A stretch of DNA of 64,000 bases from a virus (lineage: Duplodnaviria; Caudoviricetes): the IMG/VR virus record IMGVR_UViG_3300027974_001530. One strand, written 5' to 3'. Position numbers and translations under genes: made by a program. The notes beneath the pieces were generated by a model. It was not told where the DNA came from and did not search any database. It was given only the letters and a program-made list of their open reading frames with translations. Shown one piece after another: positions 19,203-28,775 of the stretch; position 1 is the stretch's first letter; the number at the start of each line of letters is the position of its first letter.

Positions 19203-19773
19203 AAGGGGGAATTGTTAATAAATAAATATGTTAATTTTCTTGTTTTTGTCAAAATGTCATGCTCGTTCGCGTCACTACACAATGCTTTTCCCACTTTCTA
19301 CCACTTATATTATGGTATATACTTACCACTTCTTCCCACCACTATTGGTCCTGTTGCTATCGTAAGAGTTAAAAAAACCCTTCTAGTGGTACCTGTAGAG
19401 GGGATTTTTTTACTATAGACAAACTCCAGCGAAAAACATCTAGTTATGGTACAGTAGCCGTGGACAGACATTTATGTCGTTAGTAGATCACTTATAGATA
19501 ACTTCAACGAACCATAAGTGTCCAACTTATGACCCTTTTAACCTTTGACCCCATAACAATAGACAACTTATATAGACATGTAAACATATTATTAAGTGGT
19601 AATAAGCGGTAATAAGTGGGGAACATAATGTATTTTATACTACTCATTGTTCCCCCTTCATCTACCAACTAATAACACACCATAACAATTACCTCATCAA
19701 GACCATTGGTCTTACATACAATTACACATAATGTGTTACACAAAATGTATATTAATTTTGTCTACTTAATAGG

Positions 19774-19811
19774 GACCGATTAAATGGTGAGGTCGAAGAC
19801 CGATTAAATGG
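19774..19811 (+). repeat. 14-bp direct repeats flanking a GGTC-GAA-GACC hairpin
   Basis: GACCGATTAAATGG at 19774 and 19798. Confidence 0.85.
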
Positions 19812-19919
19812 AGAACGAAACGAAGTGTAGTGATTAAAAGGGGGGGACTTATTATAAGGTTATATCCTTACATTACTGTTTAAGATATGTCCCAATAATT
19901 ACCACATATCCTTTATAGA

Positions 19920-19970
19920 AAGGTAAAGATTACTCTTGTTTTTAATACGAAGGTAAAGATTACTCTTGTT
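19920..19970 (+). repeat. 21-bp direct repeat pair, period 30
   Basis: AAGGTAAAGATTACTCTTGTT at 19920 and 19950. Confidence 0.9.
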
Positions 19971-20098
19971 AAGAGTATAAGATTAAATTATGAGGTGAAT
20001 TCCGTAGTGATAACGGAGGACTATGAACCGAATGAATTAATCTTATACTGAACCATTATTTGTTCTTGTAGTTTCATATCATATAATTATCAATTTAC

Positions 20099-20452
20099 TC
20101 ATCTTTTATTTTTATGATATAATTTGTAAATTTCATCAGAATAATTTCCTTGAATATACTCCGCTAATACATTGTAATATGTGTCATATACCTTATCAAC
20201 AACTGACTGATCATATTTTTCATCTTCTTCATCTACAGTATAACCAATACTATCAATATAATCCGACAATAAATCATTTATTATTAAATCGGAAATTTCA
20301 TCAATAAGAGTTCTAAAACTACCTTTTAAATTGTGGTTACCATATGCTAATAAAATATTATTAACATATCCATCAATTCTTCTCAACATAGACGTTGGAA
20401 TAACTTCAGTTTCTTCAATCAGTATTCTTCTTATGTGTTCTTGTAGTTTCAT
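20099..20452 (-). CDS. tagged RR-family protein
   Basis: MKLQEHIRRILIEE; MLRRI. Confidence 0.85.
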   Translation of the reverse strand: MKLQEHIRRILIEETEVIPTSMLRRIDGYVNNILLAYGNHNLKGSFRTLIDEISDLIINDLLSDYIDSIGYTVDEEDEKYDQSVVDKVYDTYYNVLAEYIQGNYSDEIYKLYHKNKR

Positions 20453-20820
20453 ATTATTTCATTGTATCTTTCTTTTATTCTACTCCCATAATTTTTAAGA
20501 AGTGGTTTTCTAATTTTATCATAATAGAAATCGTCGTCCTCAAAATATATACGATTATCATCATTAAAATAATCTTGTTCTAAATATGTTACCATCTCAT
20601 CAATTACAAATTTAGCAAATAATCTTAATGTAGTTCCCTTTTCTTTATATATTACCGAATTTGGGTTTTCCATTGATCCTCCCATTCTATCTAACGCCGA
20701 TTCAAAAGCCTCTTCTATATTTTCAGCCGATACTCTTCTTCTAATAATTAAAGGTATATCGGATTCATTAATCGCCCCCATCATTGATTGTATCCTTGAT
20801 ATTTGTTCTTGTAGGTTCAT
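20449..20820 (-). CDS. tagged RR-family protein
   Basis: MNLQEQISRI...INES; IIRRRV. Confidence 0.85.
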   Translation of the reverse strand: MNLQEQISRIQSMMGAINESDIPLIIRRRVSAENIEEAFESALDRMGGSMENPNSVIYKEKGTTLRLFAKFVIDEMVTYLEQDYFNDDNRIYFEDDDFYYDKIRKPLLKNYGSRIKERYNEII

Positions 20821-21596
20821 TACTCTTTTATTTCAGGGAGTTTAGTGTCCTTCATAAATTTATTATGTGATGCTTTGTATGATTTTTGTGTCTCGTCATT
20901 CTCATCTTTGGTGTATTGCCAGTTCCAATATAAATTATCGTTTGGTTTGAACCCGTAGAATTCATGTACTTCTTTTTGTATTTTGGTTACATTCTCACCA
21001 TTCCAATTCTGTCCCACACAAATAAATCCTGTTTCAATATCTTTGATAATGTTAGATTCACCCAATGTTGTATGTCTATTCTCCAACCAGTTTAATCTCT
21101 CAATTAAATTTTGGTAATACATATTTGCTTGTCCCCATCTTATTGAACTAAAAAATATAACTGCGTCTGACTCAAATAACTCTTTTGATATCTTCCACAA
21201 CTCATCTGAAGGTTCATTAATATTAACCCAACATCTGTGATCCCCTGATGGGTTCTTTTTCTTATCTTTAAGTGCGGCTTTTAATACTCCACAACTGTTT
21301 CCATCTTTTCTTGATACATTACCCTCACAAGGTAATATTTTAAGTTCGGGAACATCAATCAATACTGACTTATCTCCCAACTCATCGTTCAAGTACATTG
21401 CTATCATCTTGGACTTTGGTATGTCTATATTCTTTTCATCAAAATTATATCTATTGGAACAACTAAGTAGTAATACTTTTTTCTTATCTTTAAGGATATC
21501 TAAAGTTTGTTTGATTGATTTCCATGCATCTGATTGAACCATCTCCTCAGATATCATCATTGATCTTATTTTTGATATTTGTTCTTGTAAGTTCAT
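20820..21596 (-). CDS. tagged flavodoxin-like protein (NADPH-dependent FMN reductase / iron-sulfur flavoprotein type)
   Basis: LLLSCSNR, ILPCEG, DAVIFFSSIRWG...LIERL. Confidence 0.75.
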   Translation of the reverse strand: MNLQEQISKIRSMMISEEMVQSDAWKSIKQTLDILKDKKKVLLLSCSNRYNFDEKNIDIPKSKMIAMYLNDELGDKSVLIDVPELKILPCEGNVSRKDGNSCGVLKAALKDKKKNPSGDHRCWVNINEPSDELWKISKELFESDAVIFFSSIRWGQANMYYQNLIERLNWLENRHTTLGESNIIKDIETGFICVGQNWNGENVTKIQKEVHEFYGFKPNDNLYWNWQYTKDENDETQKSYKASHNKFMKDTKLPEIKE

Positions 21597-21598
21597 AT

Positions 21599-22009
21599 TT
21601 ATATTTTTTCAAAAGTTACAAATGAAATGGTTAATGATTTTTTTTCGGTGTCATCAATAAAATCAAGTATTTTTTTTACATTTTGTACTTCTATCAATTT
21701 AACAGTTCCACTTTTACCTTTAAAATTATATCCTACTAATTTTTTACTGCCATCCCCAAAATCTTCTACAACATGATCCACATCCACAATGTTAATAAAT
21801 TTACCATTAGGTGCTTTAATTTGCATTTTGATCAAGGTTTTATTTTTGTCCTCAATTTGGAATTTGTGTGGTTCTTCTATGAGGTCCAATTTGAATTGTC
21901 TACCTAAAATTTTATCGGTACTCAAATCAATTGATTCTAATAATATTAAATCAGAATTATTATAATTTATCATTTCTCTAATTCTTTGTATGTTCTCTTG
22001 TATGTTCAT
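21599..22009 (-). CDS. tagged hypothetical protein
   Basis: Start reassigned to MNIQENIQRI (22009). Confidence 0.8.
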   Translation of the reverse strand: MNIQENIQRIREMINYNNSDLILLESIDLSTDKILGRQFKLDLIEEPHKFQIEDKNKTLIKMQIKAPNGKFINIVDVDHVVEDFGDGSKKLVGYNFKGKSGTVKLIEVQNVKKILDFIDDTEKKSLTISFVTFEKI

Positions 22010-22010
22010 A

Positions 22011-22370
22011 TTAATACTCATCATCACAGATTCTACCGTCAAATTGATTTATAAGGTAATTACCATATTTTTTAGTTAATAAGTGCCATATAATTTCTTC
22101 AATTTCTGACATTTCATGTTTAACATAAAGTTCATCACTAAAATGATTAATAAAATTAGAACTTGCAACTTCAAAAATTACATCTTTATAATCTTCAGAT
22201 GTACTATAACCACAAGGACTAATTTGATCGGTTAAACTATCAATTTGTTCATTTAGGTATTCTTTTATATCTTGGGTTTCCAGTCTTCTTAATAACCAAA
22301 TCTTATTTTTATATGACTCATTCAGATTCATCATGGATCTAATCCTTTGTATGTTTTCTTGTGGATTCAT
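22011..22370 (-). CDS. tagged RR-family protein
   Basis: MNPQENIQRI...LNES; WLLRRL; SPCGY. Confidence 0.85.
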   Translation of the reverse strand: MNPQENIQRIRSMMNLNESYKNKIWLLRRLETQDIKEYLNEQIDSLTDQISPCGYSTSEDYKDVIFEVASSNFINHFSDELYVKHEMSEIEEIIWHLLTKKYGNYLINQFDGRICDDEY

Positions 22371-22385
22371 AATGATAAATACTTT

Positions 22386-23099
22386 TTACATATAAATTAT
22401 TTTCCACTTACCTTTAAAATCCTCCACAAGACACGTAGAGTTCTCACAAAAGTCTCCACTGTTCATATAGTCCAAATCTAACTTAGGTTGATGGATGTGT
22501 CCACATACCGCAACATCACATCCTTTTTGTTTTGATAAACCTTTTGCATTCTCCTCAAAATCAGATACAAAGTTGATTGCTCCCTTTACAGATTGTTTAA
22601 TATCATTTGCCAAGGAATGGTATGGTAAGTTAAACTTTCTTCTAATATAGTTGTATATTGTATTTAATCTAATAACTAAATCATATGACCATCCACCAAG
22701 AACTGCCAACCATCTTACTTTCATAATAACAAAGTCTAATACGTCGCCATGAAAACAATAGTAACTCCTTCCGTCTGCTCCGATGTGTGTATATTTTCTA
22801 ACAATCTCTATGTTGTTTAATAAGAACGGAACAAATGGTTTTAAAAAGTCATCGTGGTTTCCCCTGATATACACTACCTTTGTTCCATCTTCTGATCGTT
22901 TCATAAAACGTCTGAATATCTTTGAACAATCTTTTTTCCATTTACCTCCACCCTTTAATGCCCATCCATCAATAATATCACCATTTAATATTAGTGTTTC
23001 AGATTCATTCTCTTCCAAGAACTTAATTATCTTGTCTGTTTGTGATTGTCTGGCACCTAAGTGCAAATCACTCATTATTATTGTTCTCCACTTTTTCAT
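22386..23099 (-). CDS. calcineurin-like metallophosphoesterase, UDP-2,3-diacylglucosamine diphosphatase (LpxH)-like
   Basis: SDLHLG, NGDIIDGW, RGNHD, FHGD, CGHIH, NSGD motifs. Confidence 0.85.
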   Translation of the reverse strand: MKKWRTIIMSDLHLGARQSQTDKIIKFLEENESETLILNGDIIDGWALKGGGKWKKDCSKIFRRFMKRSEDGTKVVYIRGNHDDFLKPFVPFLLNNIEIVRKYTHIGADGRSYYCFHGDVLDFVIMKVRWLAVLGGWSYDLVIRLNTIYNYIRRKFNLPYHSLANDIKQSVKGAINFVSDFEENAKGLSKQKGCDVAVCGHIHQPKLDLDYMNSGDFCENSTCLVEDFKGKWKIIYM

Positions 23100-23422
23100 A
23101 CAAATAAAGATATGTATTGTGCCAATTTATAACCTGTAAATGCCCCAATGGCTGCAGATCCAGGAAGGATAATAAATTTACCTAATTTTGTTTTATACTT
23201 TTCACGATTTACAATGTATGAGATTAATAAATAATATAATATAAAATTTATAAATACCATAAAATCAAGCTCCTTTGACATAAAAACAACAATTGAATTA
23301 CCAATAAGTCCCCACATAAAATTTATAATGGTTTCTCGTATTAACTCAAATGGTGTTGTAATGGCCCCAAATATATTAATTTGTTTGCTCATGGGATTTT
23401 GTTTATTTTTTTTCATTTCCAA
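23096..23422 (-). CDS. multi-pass membrane protein
   Basis: Three hydrophobic segments. Confidence 0.75.
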   Translation of the reverse strand: MEMKKNKQNPMSKQINIFGAITTPFELIRETIINFMWGLIGNSIVVFMSKELDFMVFINFILYYLLISYIVNREKYKTKLGKFIILPGSAAIGAFTGYKLAQYISLFV

Positions 23423-24135
23423 TAGTCTTTGTCGTTTGTAAAATATTCTTTATTTTTATTATTGAAGAATGATGACAACATTAGTCTTAACATATACATC
23501 ACACCTTTGTTTTCAAATCTTCTTGGTGGTGTAAATACAATATTGTTTATTCTTCCGAATTTCTTTGGTTTAATTTGTTTTGAGAATATATAATCTTCGG
23601 CTAATTTAATATCTTCATCAAAACCTCCGATTAATTTAAACGTATCTGAACGAACTAACATGTACCCACCCAAACAGAATGGTGTTGACCACTTTGAAAG
23701 TGACTGTATTAAATCAAATACCTTATACACATAATTAAATTTCCCATTGTCCGAACGGAACTTTGTTGTTACCAGATCTAAATGGTATCTATGTATTCTT
23801 ACTATTGATCTTTTTAGTACTTTTGGGTCTAATAGAAATACGTCAGCGTCCATAAACAACACATATGGTGTTGTCACAAGTTTGAATCCGTTGTTTCTTG
23901 CTATTGATGGGAGACCTCCATCCGTTAAATGTAAATCAAACATATCTGAATTATGTTCATATTCTAATCTACCCAATAGGTTAAGTTTTGTTACACCATC
24001 ATTTGATGCGTCACATACAACAACTTTTACGTTATTTATATCAACCTGATAGTTTAACAGGTCCAACGTTTTTAATATAATATCCTTCTCGTTCTTACAA
24101 GGTATTACAATCGTTACTAATTTACTTAAATCCAT
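23413..24135 (-). CDS. glycosyltransferase family 2
   Basis: VTIVIPCKNE, ARNNG, LFMDAD, GGFDE...AED. Confidence 0.9.
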   Translation of the reverse strand: MDLSKLVTIVIPCKNEKDIILKTLDLLNYQVDINNVKVVVCDASNDGVTKLNLLGRLEYEHNSDMFDLHLTDGGLPSIARNNGFKLVTTPYVLFMDADVFLLDPKVLKRSIVRIHRYHLDLVTTKFRSDNGKFNYVYKVFDLIQSLSKWSTPFCLGGYMLVRSDTFKLIGGFDEDIKLAEDYIFSKQIKPKKFGRINNIVFTPPRRFENKGVMYMLRLMLSSFFNNKNKEYFTNDKDYWK

Positions 24136-24198
24136 ATATAATAAATATAATTCACATTACACTTAACATATTAGTTAATAATTTAATAATCAAATTTA

Positions 24199-26529
24199 TT
24201 AATATCTTTTTTTAATTTCAACAGTATGAACAATATCCAAATAAAAATCTTCAAGGTCTCTTTCACCTGATGTAATTTTATTAATAACCTCATCTCTACG
24301 ATAAGCGGTATTATCTACAATAAACTCAAGCATTTCTTCATCAGTAATATCTTCAGGTTTAACTGGTTCAGGAATACAATCGTGGTTTCTATCAAATAAA
24401 TCAACATCATCAAAATAAAAACCTGTTTCACCAACTATTTGTTCAAACTTTGGGATCATAGTATCTTCATACCATTCCTCTATTATGCTCGTCACAAAGT
24501 TTTTTCTTGCGTTAAAAATTCTCATTATCTTTTCTACTAATGTTTTTGTTATCAGTAATGAACCACTATAAAATTTACCGTCTTCGTAATAGTATATTGC
24601 GGTAATAACTTCTTTACCGTTAACACACCAATCCTCACGAAGATTACCATAGTTACGAGATTTTTTACCTATTTCTCTATTACCACCCTCAATATAATCA
24701 TCAAGAAATAATGTGATAACTTTTCTAAGACTATCTGTGGATTTAAGGTATCTTTGTCTTTGGTCTTCTTCCCTCAATACTTTTATTATGTTTTCTTTTA
24801 AATCTGTTCCCCCACCATCTAACTTATCAGTAAACCCCATAAGTTTATCAAATGCTGGATGTGACATTATTGGTTCTTTTTTCTTATCTTTCATCTGATT
24901 CCAAGTTGACGGTTTAACTTTCATATGGTTCTTAACAAGATATTTAATTTCATCAACATCCATTCCTTCAAATGATTCAATCCAATCTTTATATCTTTCA
25001 ACATAGTCCGTTGATTTATCTTCGTGTCCGTACGCCGTTGGTTGATTTGTTTTTGGATTTATTTTATATGTGTCTATCTTACCTAAGTCGTGAAATAATG
25101 CCGCCATTACCATGTTTGGATCATCAGGATAGTGATGGTAAGCTCGTTTAATAACAACAATAATATGTTTAAGAGTATTCCCTTCAGGATGCCATTCAGG
25201 ATTTTGTTTTGCCCCCCATTGTTTGAATAAAAGTTCTTTTAATTCCTTTGGTAAGTTCTTAATTAACTCCTGTGGTGTCGCATGAAGTTTTTCTTCCCTC
25301 AATACTCTTCTTATAGATTCTTGCATATTTCTTGGTTCAAATTTTTCTCTATTTTTCCAAATCTGTCCACCTTGATCTAATTGATTTCGTCCTTTTGTTT
25401 TTGAATTAACAATTGGAAGGCCAAAGTAGTCTGATATTTTTTGATATACTATTGTTGCAATTCCTTGTCCTCTATATTTTTCAGGAATAACAATATCTCC
25501 TACATATATTTCACCATCATTAATTACAATGTTCATTTGTCCAAGATCAACAACACCGTCTTCACTGGTAATATCTTGGTCGTCAACCATAATAATAATA
25601 TTTTGAATTTTACCAAAATGATTATACATATTCCGACCTAAACGAATTTGAACTCTATCTTCTTCAATTCTTGTTGATGGGTCTGAAAGTTTAAATGGGT
25701 TTCTTATGTTATTTTTATGTTCATCGGATTCCCACATTTCTCGTTTATTAATATTCTCCTGTTCTTTAATATTAAAAATAAAATGTATTCTCCATTTATT
25801 AATTATTCTATCGGAAATATTATACATAAAATCATCATAATCAATCCCTCCCCAAATACCATTAAACGTCAGATTTACATCAACTTCAAACATAGGAATT
25901 CTACTTATACCTTTTTTTATTTCTATATTTAGAATACTTATTTTATCTATAGTATCAACAACATCGCAACCATCAAACGATAACCAATCAGGGAAAGTAT
26001 CCGCATCAGGCACTTCACAAATATTTTTAATTTCATCAAGTGTTTGATCAACGATGTTTTGGAATGTCCCAATCATTGTTTTTTTATTTAACTTATTATC
26101 ATTAGTTGATTCCATTAATCCCCAATCCTTACCTGTACCTTCATGTTTTAATGTTATTGCATTTGCAGGTATGTTTTCAAATGTTACTATATGTTTTGAT
26201 CTTGATTCATAGTGTTTATCTTTATACCACTTAACATCAGGTATCATTTCAGTATTAATTTCCCATACATCGTCATCGTATGTGGAATCAAAAGACGCTC
26301 TTTTATTTGTTGAGTTGGTTGCAAAGATTGCTGGTATACATTTTTCACCGTAACCCGCATAAATTTTATAACATTCTCCAGCTCTTACTTTTAAACCTTC
26401 ATTTGTTATTTTATCTCTAACCTTTGGATTAGATTTATGTATAACAATTTTGTTTGGTATTATTTCTTTACCCGCAGGACTATATTCATCTTCCCTTAAT
26501 ATTCTTCTTATGGATTCCTGTAGGTTCAT
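24199..26529 (-). CDS. polyvalent protein: ART-like + unknown + GNAT + HD + unknown domains, separated by tag repeats
   Basis: IHKS...EGL (ART-like), YRGQGIA (GNAT), WHPEG...KH...ALFHDLGK (HD); tag at N-terminus and twice internally. Confidence 0.8.
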   Translation of the reverse strand: MNLQESIRRILREDEYSPAGKEIIPNKIVIHKSNPKVRDKITNEGLKVRAGECYKIYAGYGEKCIPAIFATNSTNKRASFDSTYDDDVWEINTEMIPDVKWYKDKHYESRSKHIVTFENIPANAITLKHEGTGKDWGLMESTNDNKLNKKTMIGTFQNIVDQTLDEIKNICEVPDADTFPDWLSFDGCDVVDTIDKISILNIEIKKGISRIPMFEVDVNLTFNGIWGGIDYDDFMYNISDRIINKWRIHFIFNIKEQENINKREMWESDEHKNNIRNPFKLSDPSTRIEEDRVQIRLGRNMYNHFGKIQNIIIMVDDQDITSEDGVVDLGQMNIVINDGEIYVGDIVIPEKYRGQGIATIVYQKISDYFGLPIVNSKTKGRNQLDQGGQIWKNREKFEPRNMQESIRRVLREEKLHATPQELIKNLPKELKELLFKQWGAKQNPEWHPEGNTLKHIIVVIKRAYHHYPDDPNMVMAALFHDLGKIDTYKINPKTNQPTAYGHEDKSTDYVERYKDWIESFEGMDVDEIKYLVKNHMKVKPSTWNQMKDKKKEPIMSHPAFDKLMGFTDKLDGGGTDLKENIIKVLREEDQRQRYLKSTDSLRKVITLFLDDYIEGGNREIGKKSRNYGNLREDWCVNGKEVITAIYYYEDGKFYSGSLLITKTLVEKIMRIFNARKNFVTSIIEEWYEDTMIPKFEQIVGETGFYFDDVDLFDRNHDCIPEPVKPEDITDEEMLEFIVDNTAYRRDEVINKITSGERDLEDFYLDIVHTVEIKKRY

Positions 26530-27926
26530 ATTTCCTCTTCTATTTTTTTTTGTTTAAGTGGTGGATCCAATAAAAACTTATTATTAATCCAATTTCTTAA
26601 TTCATTTTCAACAAAAAATTCTGGAACTTCGTTATCTTCAGGCATAGTTGACGCTAGTTCAGCAATGTATCTGGCAAATTTAACTTTATATTTATTATCC
26701 ATTAAGGTCATTAATCCATCGGATATAAAAAAAATTCTAGATAATGGATCAGATAAATTTAATTCACCTTCAGTTAAATCAAACATTTTCATTACCACCT
26801 TACCCCACCAAGTCTTATAACTTGTTGTTTCTTCTAAGGTTGGTCTTAAAACTTTATTAACCGCTCTAACAATTGAACCTGTAAAACCGGCAATTGCCAA
26901 TTGTGGAATAAACCAAGGTAATAATCGTATTGTTGCTTTAACACCTCCCTCACCTACGTGTTGAAATAATCTTCTGCTAGTCGCGGAATCAACTATAGCC
27001 TTTAATTGACCAAATGTTATTTTACCTTGAGAACTACAAAATTTTTCTGAATCACAAATGTTTTTTAAAGCATTTTTGTCGGGATTTGTTTCATTTAACC
27101 CAATCAATGATTGTGATCTTAATGTTTGTTCAGTTAAAGGATCAAAGTATCTACCTTCTAAGTCAATGTCTCTAACTTCAAGACCTGAGTTATCCTCGAA
27201 CCATTTTTTAAAGACAGGAATCCATTTATCTCCAAATAATAATGTTAACCCATTGTTTACCCATTTTGTGATCACTAAGGCATATAAATAATCATACCCA
27301 TCCCACTCACCAAGATAAGCGTAAGCAAAGAGATCGTTTATCTCAAAGTCATAACTCCCATGTTTATTTACATCATCCCTATAAAAATCATGTAATTCTG
27401 GACCCCAATTATAATCAGGATGATATTCTTCTTTTAAATATTGATATATAAATTCATTAAGATCTTCTCCATCAAAATTTAATATCTTTATTAATCTTTC
27501 TACACTACCAACCGCCTTTGCCGTTTTTTTAATTCCTATAGTACGAATCATTCGGGACAAATTATCTTGTATTGTTTCTTCCCTCAGTATTTTTATTACT
27601 GATTCATTTATACCATATTTTCTTTTTATTAAGTCGTATCTTTCTTCTATTCTTTCATCATAATATTTTCTAAGAACATAAAAAACATCATCATACCATT
27701 GTAACTCATTTGGGAGGGTATATACCAATATATTGTGTATTCCGTCTATGGTCATTGATAATATGGTATTTCTAAATGTGACCAATGGTACAATACTACC
27801 ACTTTCTTTAAGATTTATTGAACATTTATTTGAAATCGTATCTAAACACTCGGTAAATTCCATTTCTAAATACTCAGGACTTACTCTACGTAAAATTAGA
27901 TTTAATGTTTTATCGTTTATGTTCAT
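26526..27926 (-). CDS. multi-module protein (RR module plus two further modules)
   Basis: Start reassigned to 27926; internal INESVIKILREE and LTEQ...LNE junctions. Confidence 0.8.
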   Translation of the reverse strand: MNINDKTLNLILRRVSPEYLEMEFTECLDTISNKCSINLKESGSIVPLVTFRNTILSMTIDGIHNILVYTLPNELQWYDDVFYVLRKYYDERIEERYDLIKRKYGINESVIKILREETIQDNLSRMIRTIGIKKTAKAVGSVERLIKILNFDGEDLNEFIYQYLKEEYHPDYNWGPELHDFYRDDVNKHGSYDFEINDLFAYAYLGEWDGYDYLYALVITKWVNNGLTLLFGDKWIPVFKKWFEDNSGLEVRDIDLEGRYFDPLTEQTLRSQSLIGLNETNPDKNALKNICDSEKFCSSQGKITFGQLKAIVDSATSRRLFQHVGEGGVKATIRLLPWFIPQLAIAGFTGSIVRAVNKVLRPTLEETTSYKTWWGKVVMKMFDLTEGELNLSDPLSRIFFISDGLMTLMDNKYKVKFARYIAELASTMPEDNEVPEFFVENELRNWINNKFLLDPPLKQKKIEEEI

Positions 27927-27985
27927 ATTAATAAATACGACCATAAGATAAAACTGACTATTTTATAATTAACATAGTTGTTGTA

Positions 27986-28279
27986 TTAATAAAAATCATA
28001 ATTTGTTTTATAGTACTCTACAAACTCTGATGTAATTTTTATTTTTTTTATATTAATGTTAAGTGTTGAGGATAGAAAACTTTTAATCTTGAATATGTTT
28101 GGTGTTTTAGATATTCTACCGAAAATACCATCTACAGGACCTAAAGTTATGACTAATTTTATGACGTATTGATCATCCCCAAAATCTTTAGGTTCTTTTA
28201 AAACATTTATTTGCACATCTTCCATTTCTTGGTAAACATGCGTATTAAGTAATTGTTTTATTAGTTTGGATTTGTCCAT
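27986..28279 (-). CDS. hypothetical protein
   Basis: Start reassigned to 28279 (TATATTTG 4 nt upstream). Confidence 0.7.
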   Translation of the reverse strand: MDKSKLIKQLLNTHVYQEMEDVQINVLKEPKDFGDDQYVIKLVITLGPVDGIFGRISKTPNIFKIKSFLSSTLNINIKKIKITSEFVEYYKTNYDFY

Positions 28280-28283
28280 ACTA

Positions 28284-28291
28284 CAAATATA
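28284..28291 (-). promoter_or_regulatory. sigma-A -7 element, leaderless type
   Basis: TATATTTG-N4-ATG. Confidence 0.65.
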
Positions 28292-28350
28292 CAAAATATT
28301 TTTTAATTTAATAATAATATAAATAAAAAACCCCATCCATGTGATGAGGT

Positions 28351-28488
28351 TTATTTTATTTTAATACCTGTAATTTTTTTAAATCTTTGTTTTAGTTTTA
28401 TTCTCAAATACCTATTAACAACTTTACTGATGTTTTTTTCTTTTTCTAACAACCTCATTTTTAGATCGTCCTCTGTTCTTATATTCAT
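28351..28488 (-). CDS. 45-aa basic protein
   Basis: Manual translation MNIRTEDDLKMRLLEKEKNISKVVNRYLRIKLKQRFKKITGIKIK; fills the gap between genes. Confidence 0.45.
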   Translation of the reverse strand: MNIRTEDDLKMRLLEKEKNISKVVNRYLRIKLKQRFKKITGIKIK

Positions 28489-28489
28489 A

Positions 28490-28723
28490 TTAAATTAATT
28501 TAAAATTTTCTGTAGTTAACAATTTAACTATTCGTTTCTCAGATACTGAGTTAATTGCTGGTCTTGTTGCAACTTCAGTTATCCCCTTGGAAAATACTAC
28601 TTGAAACTTCTCTGTGTTTTTAATGTAAAACCTTGATACATGACAGTATTCTCCTTTGTCATTAACAAAATTACCAAAAGATTTGGCCATTAATAGTTGT
28701 CCGAGTGTGATTTTATTTTCCAT
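28490..28723 (-). CDS. hypothetical protein
   Basis: Start reassigned to 28723 (TATCTTTG 4 nt upstream). Confidence 0.7.
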   Translation of the reverse strand: MENKITLGQLLMAKSFGNFVNDKGEYCHVSRFYIKNTEKFQVVFSKGITEVATRPAINSVSEKRIVKLLTTENFKLI

Positions 28724-28727
28724 ACCA

Positions 28728-28735
28728 CAAAGATA
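28728..28735 (-). promoter_or_regulatory. sigma-A -7 element, leaderless type
   Basis: TATCTTTG-N4-ATG. Confidence 0.65.
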
Positions 28736-28775
28736 TGTGAAATTTATTAACCCCACAAATAAATTTATTTATTTC

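Noticed and set aside
18176-19259. TGTCA dyads as Pho boxes
   Set aside because: PhoB boxes have an 11-bp repeat period; these have 8.
19212-19418. 68-aa plus-strand ORF
   Set aside because: It lies in the repeat-rich non-coding region with no promoter motif of either class at a suitable distance.
15434-19970. Period-30 repeat pairs as a mini-CRISPR array
   Set aside because: Only two copies each, with 9-19 nt between copies; no cas genes or leader.
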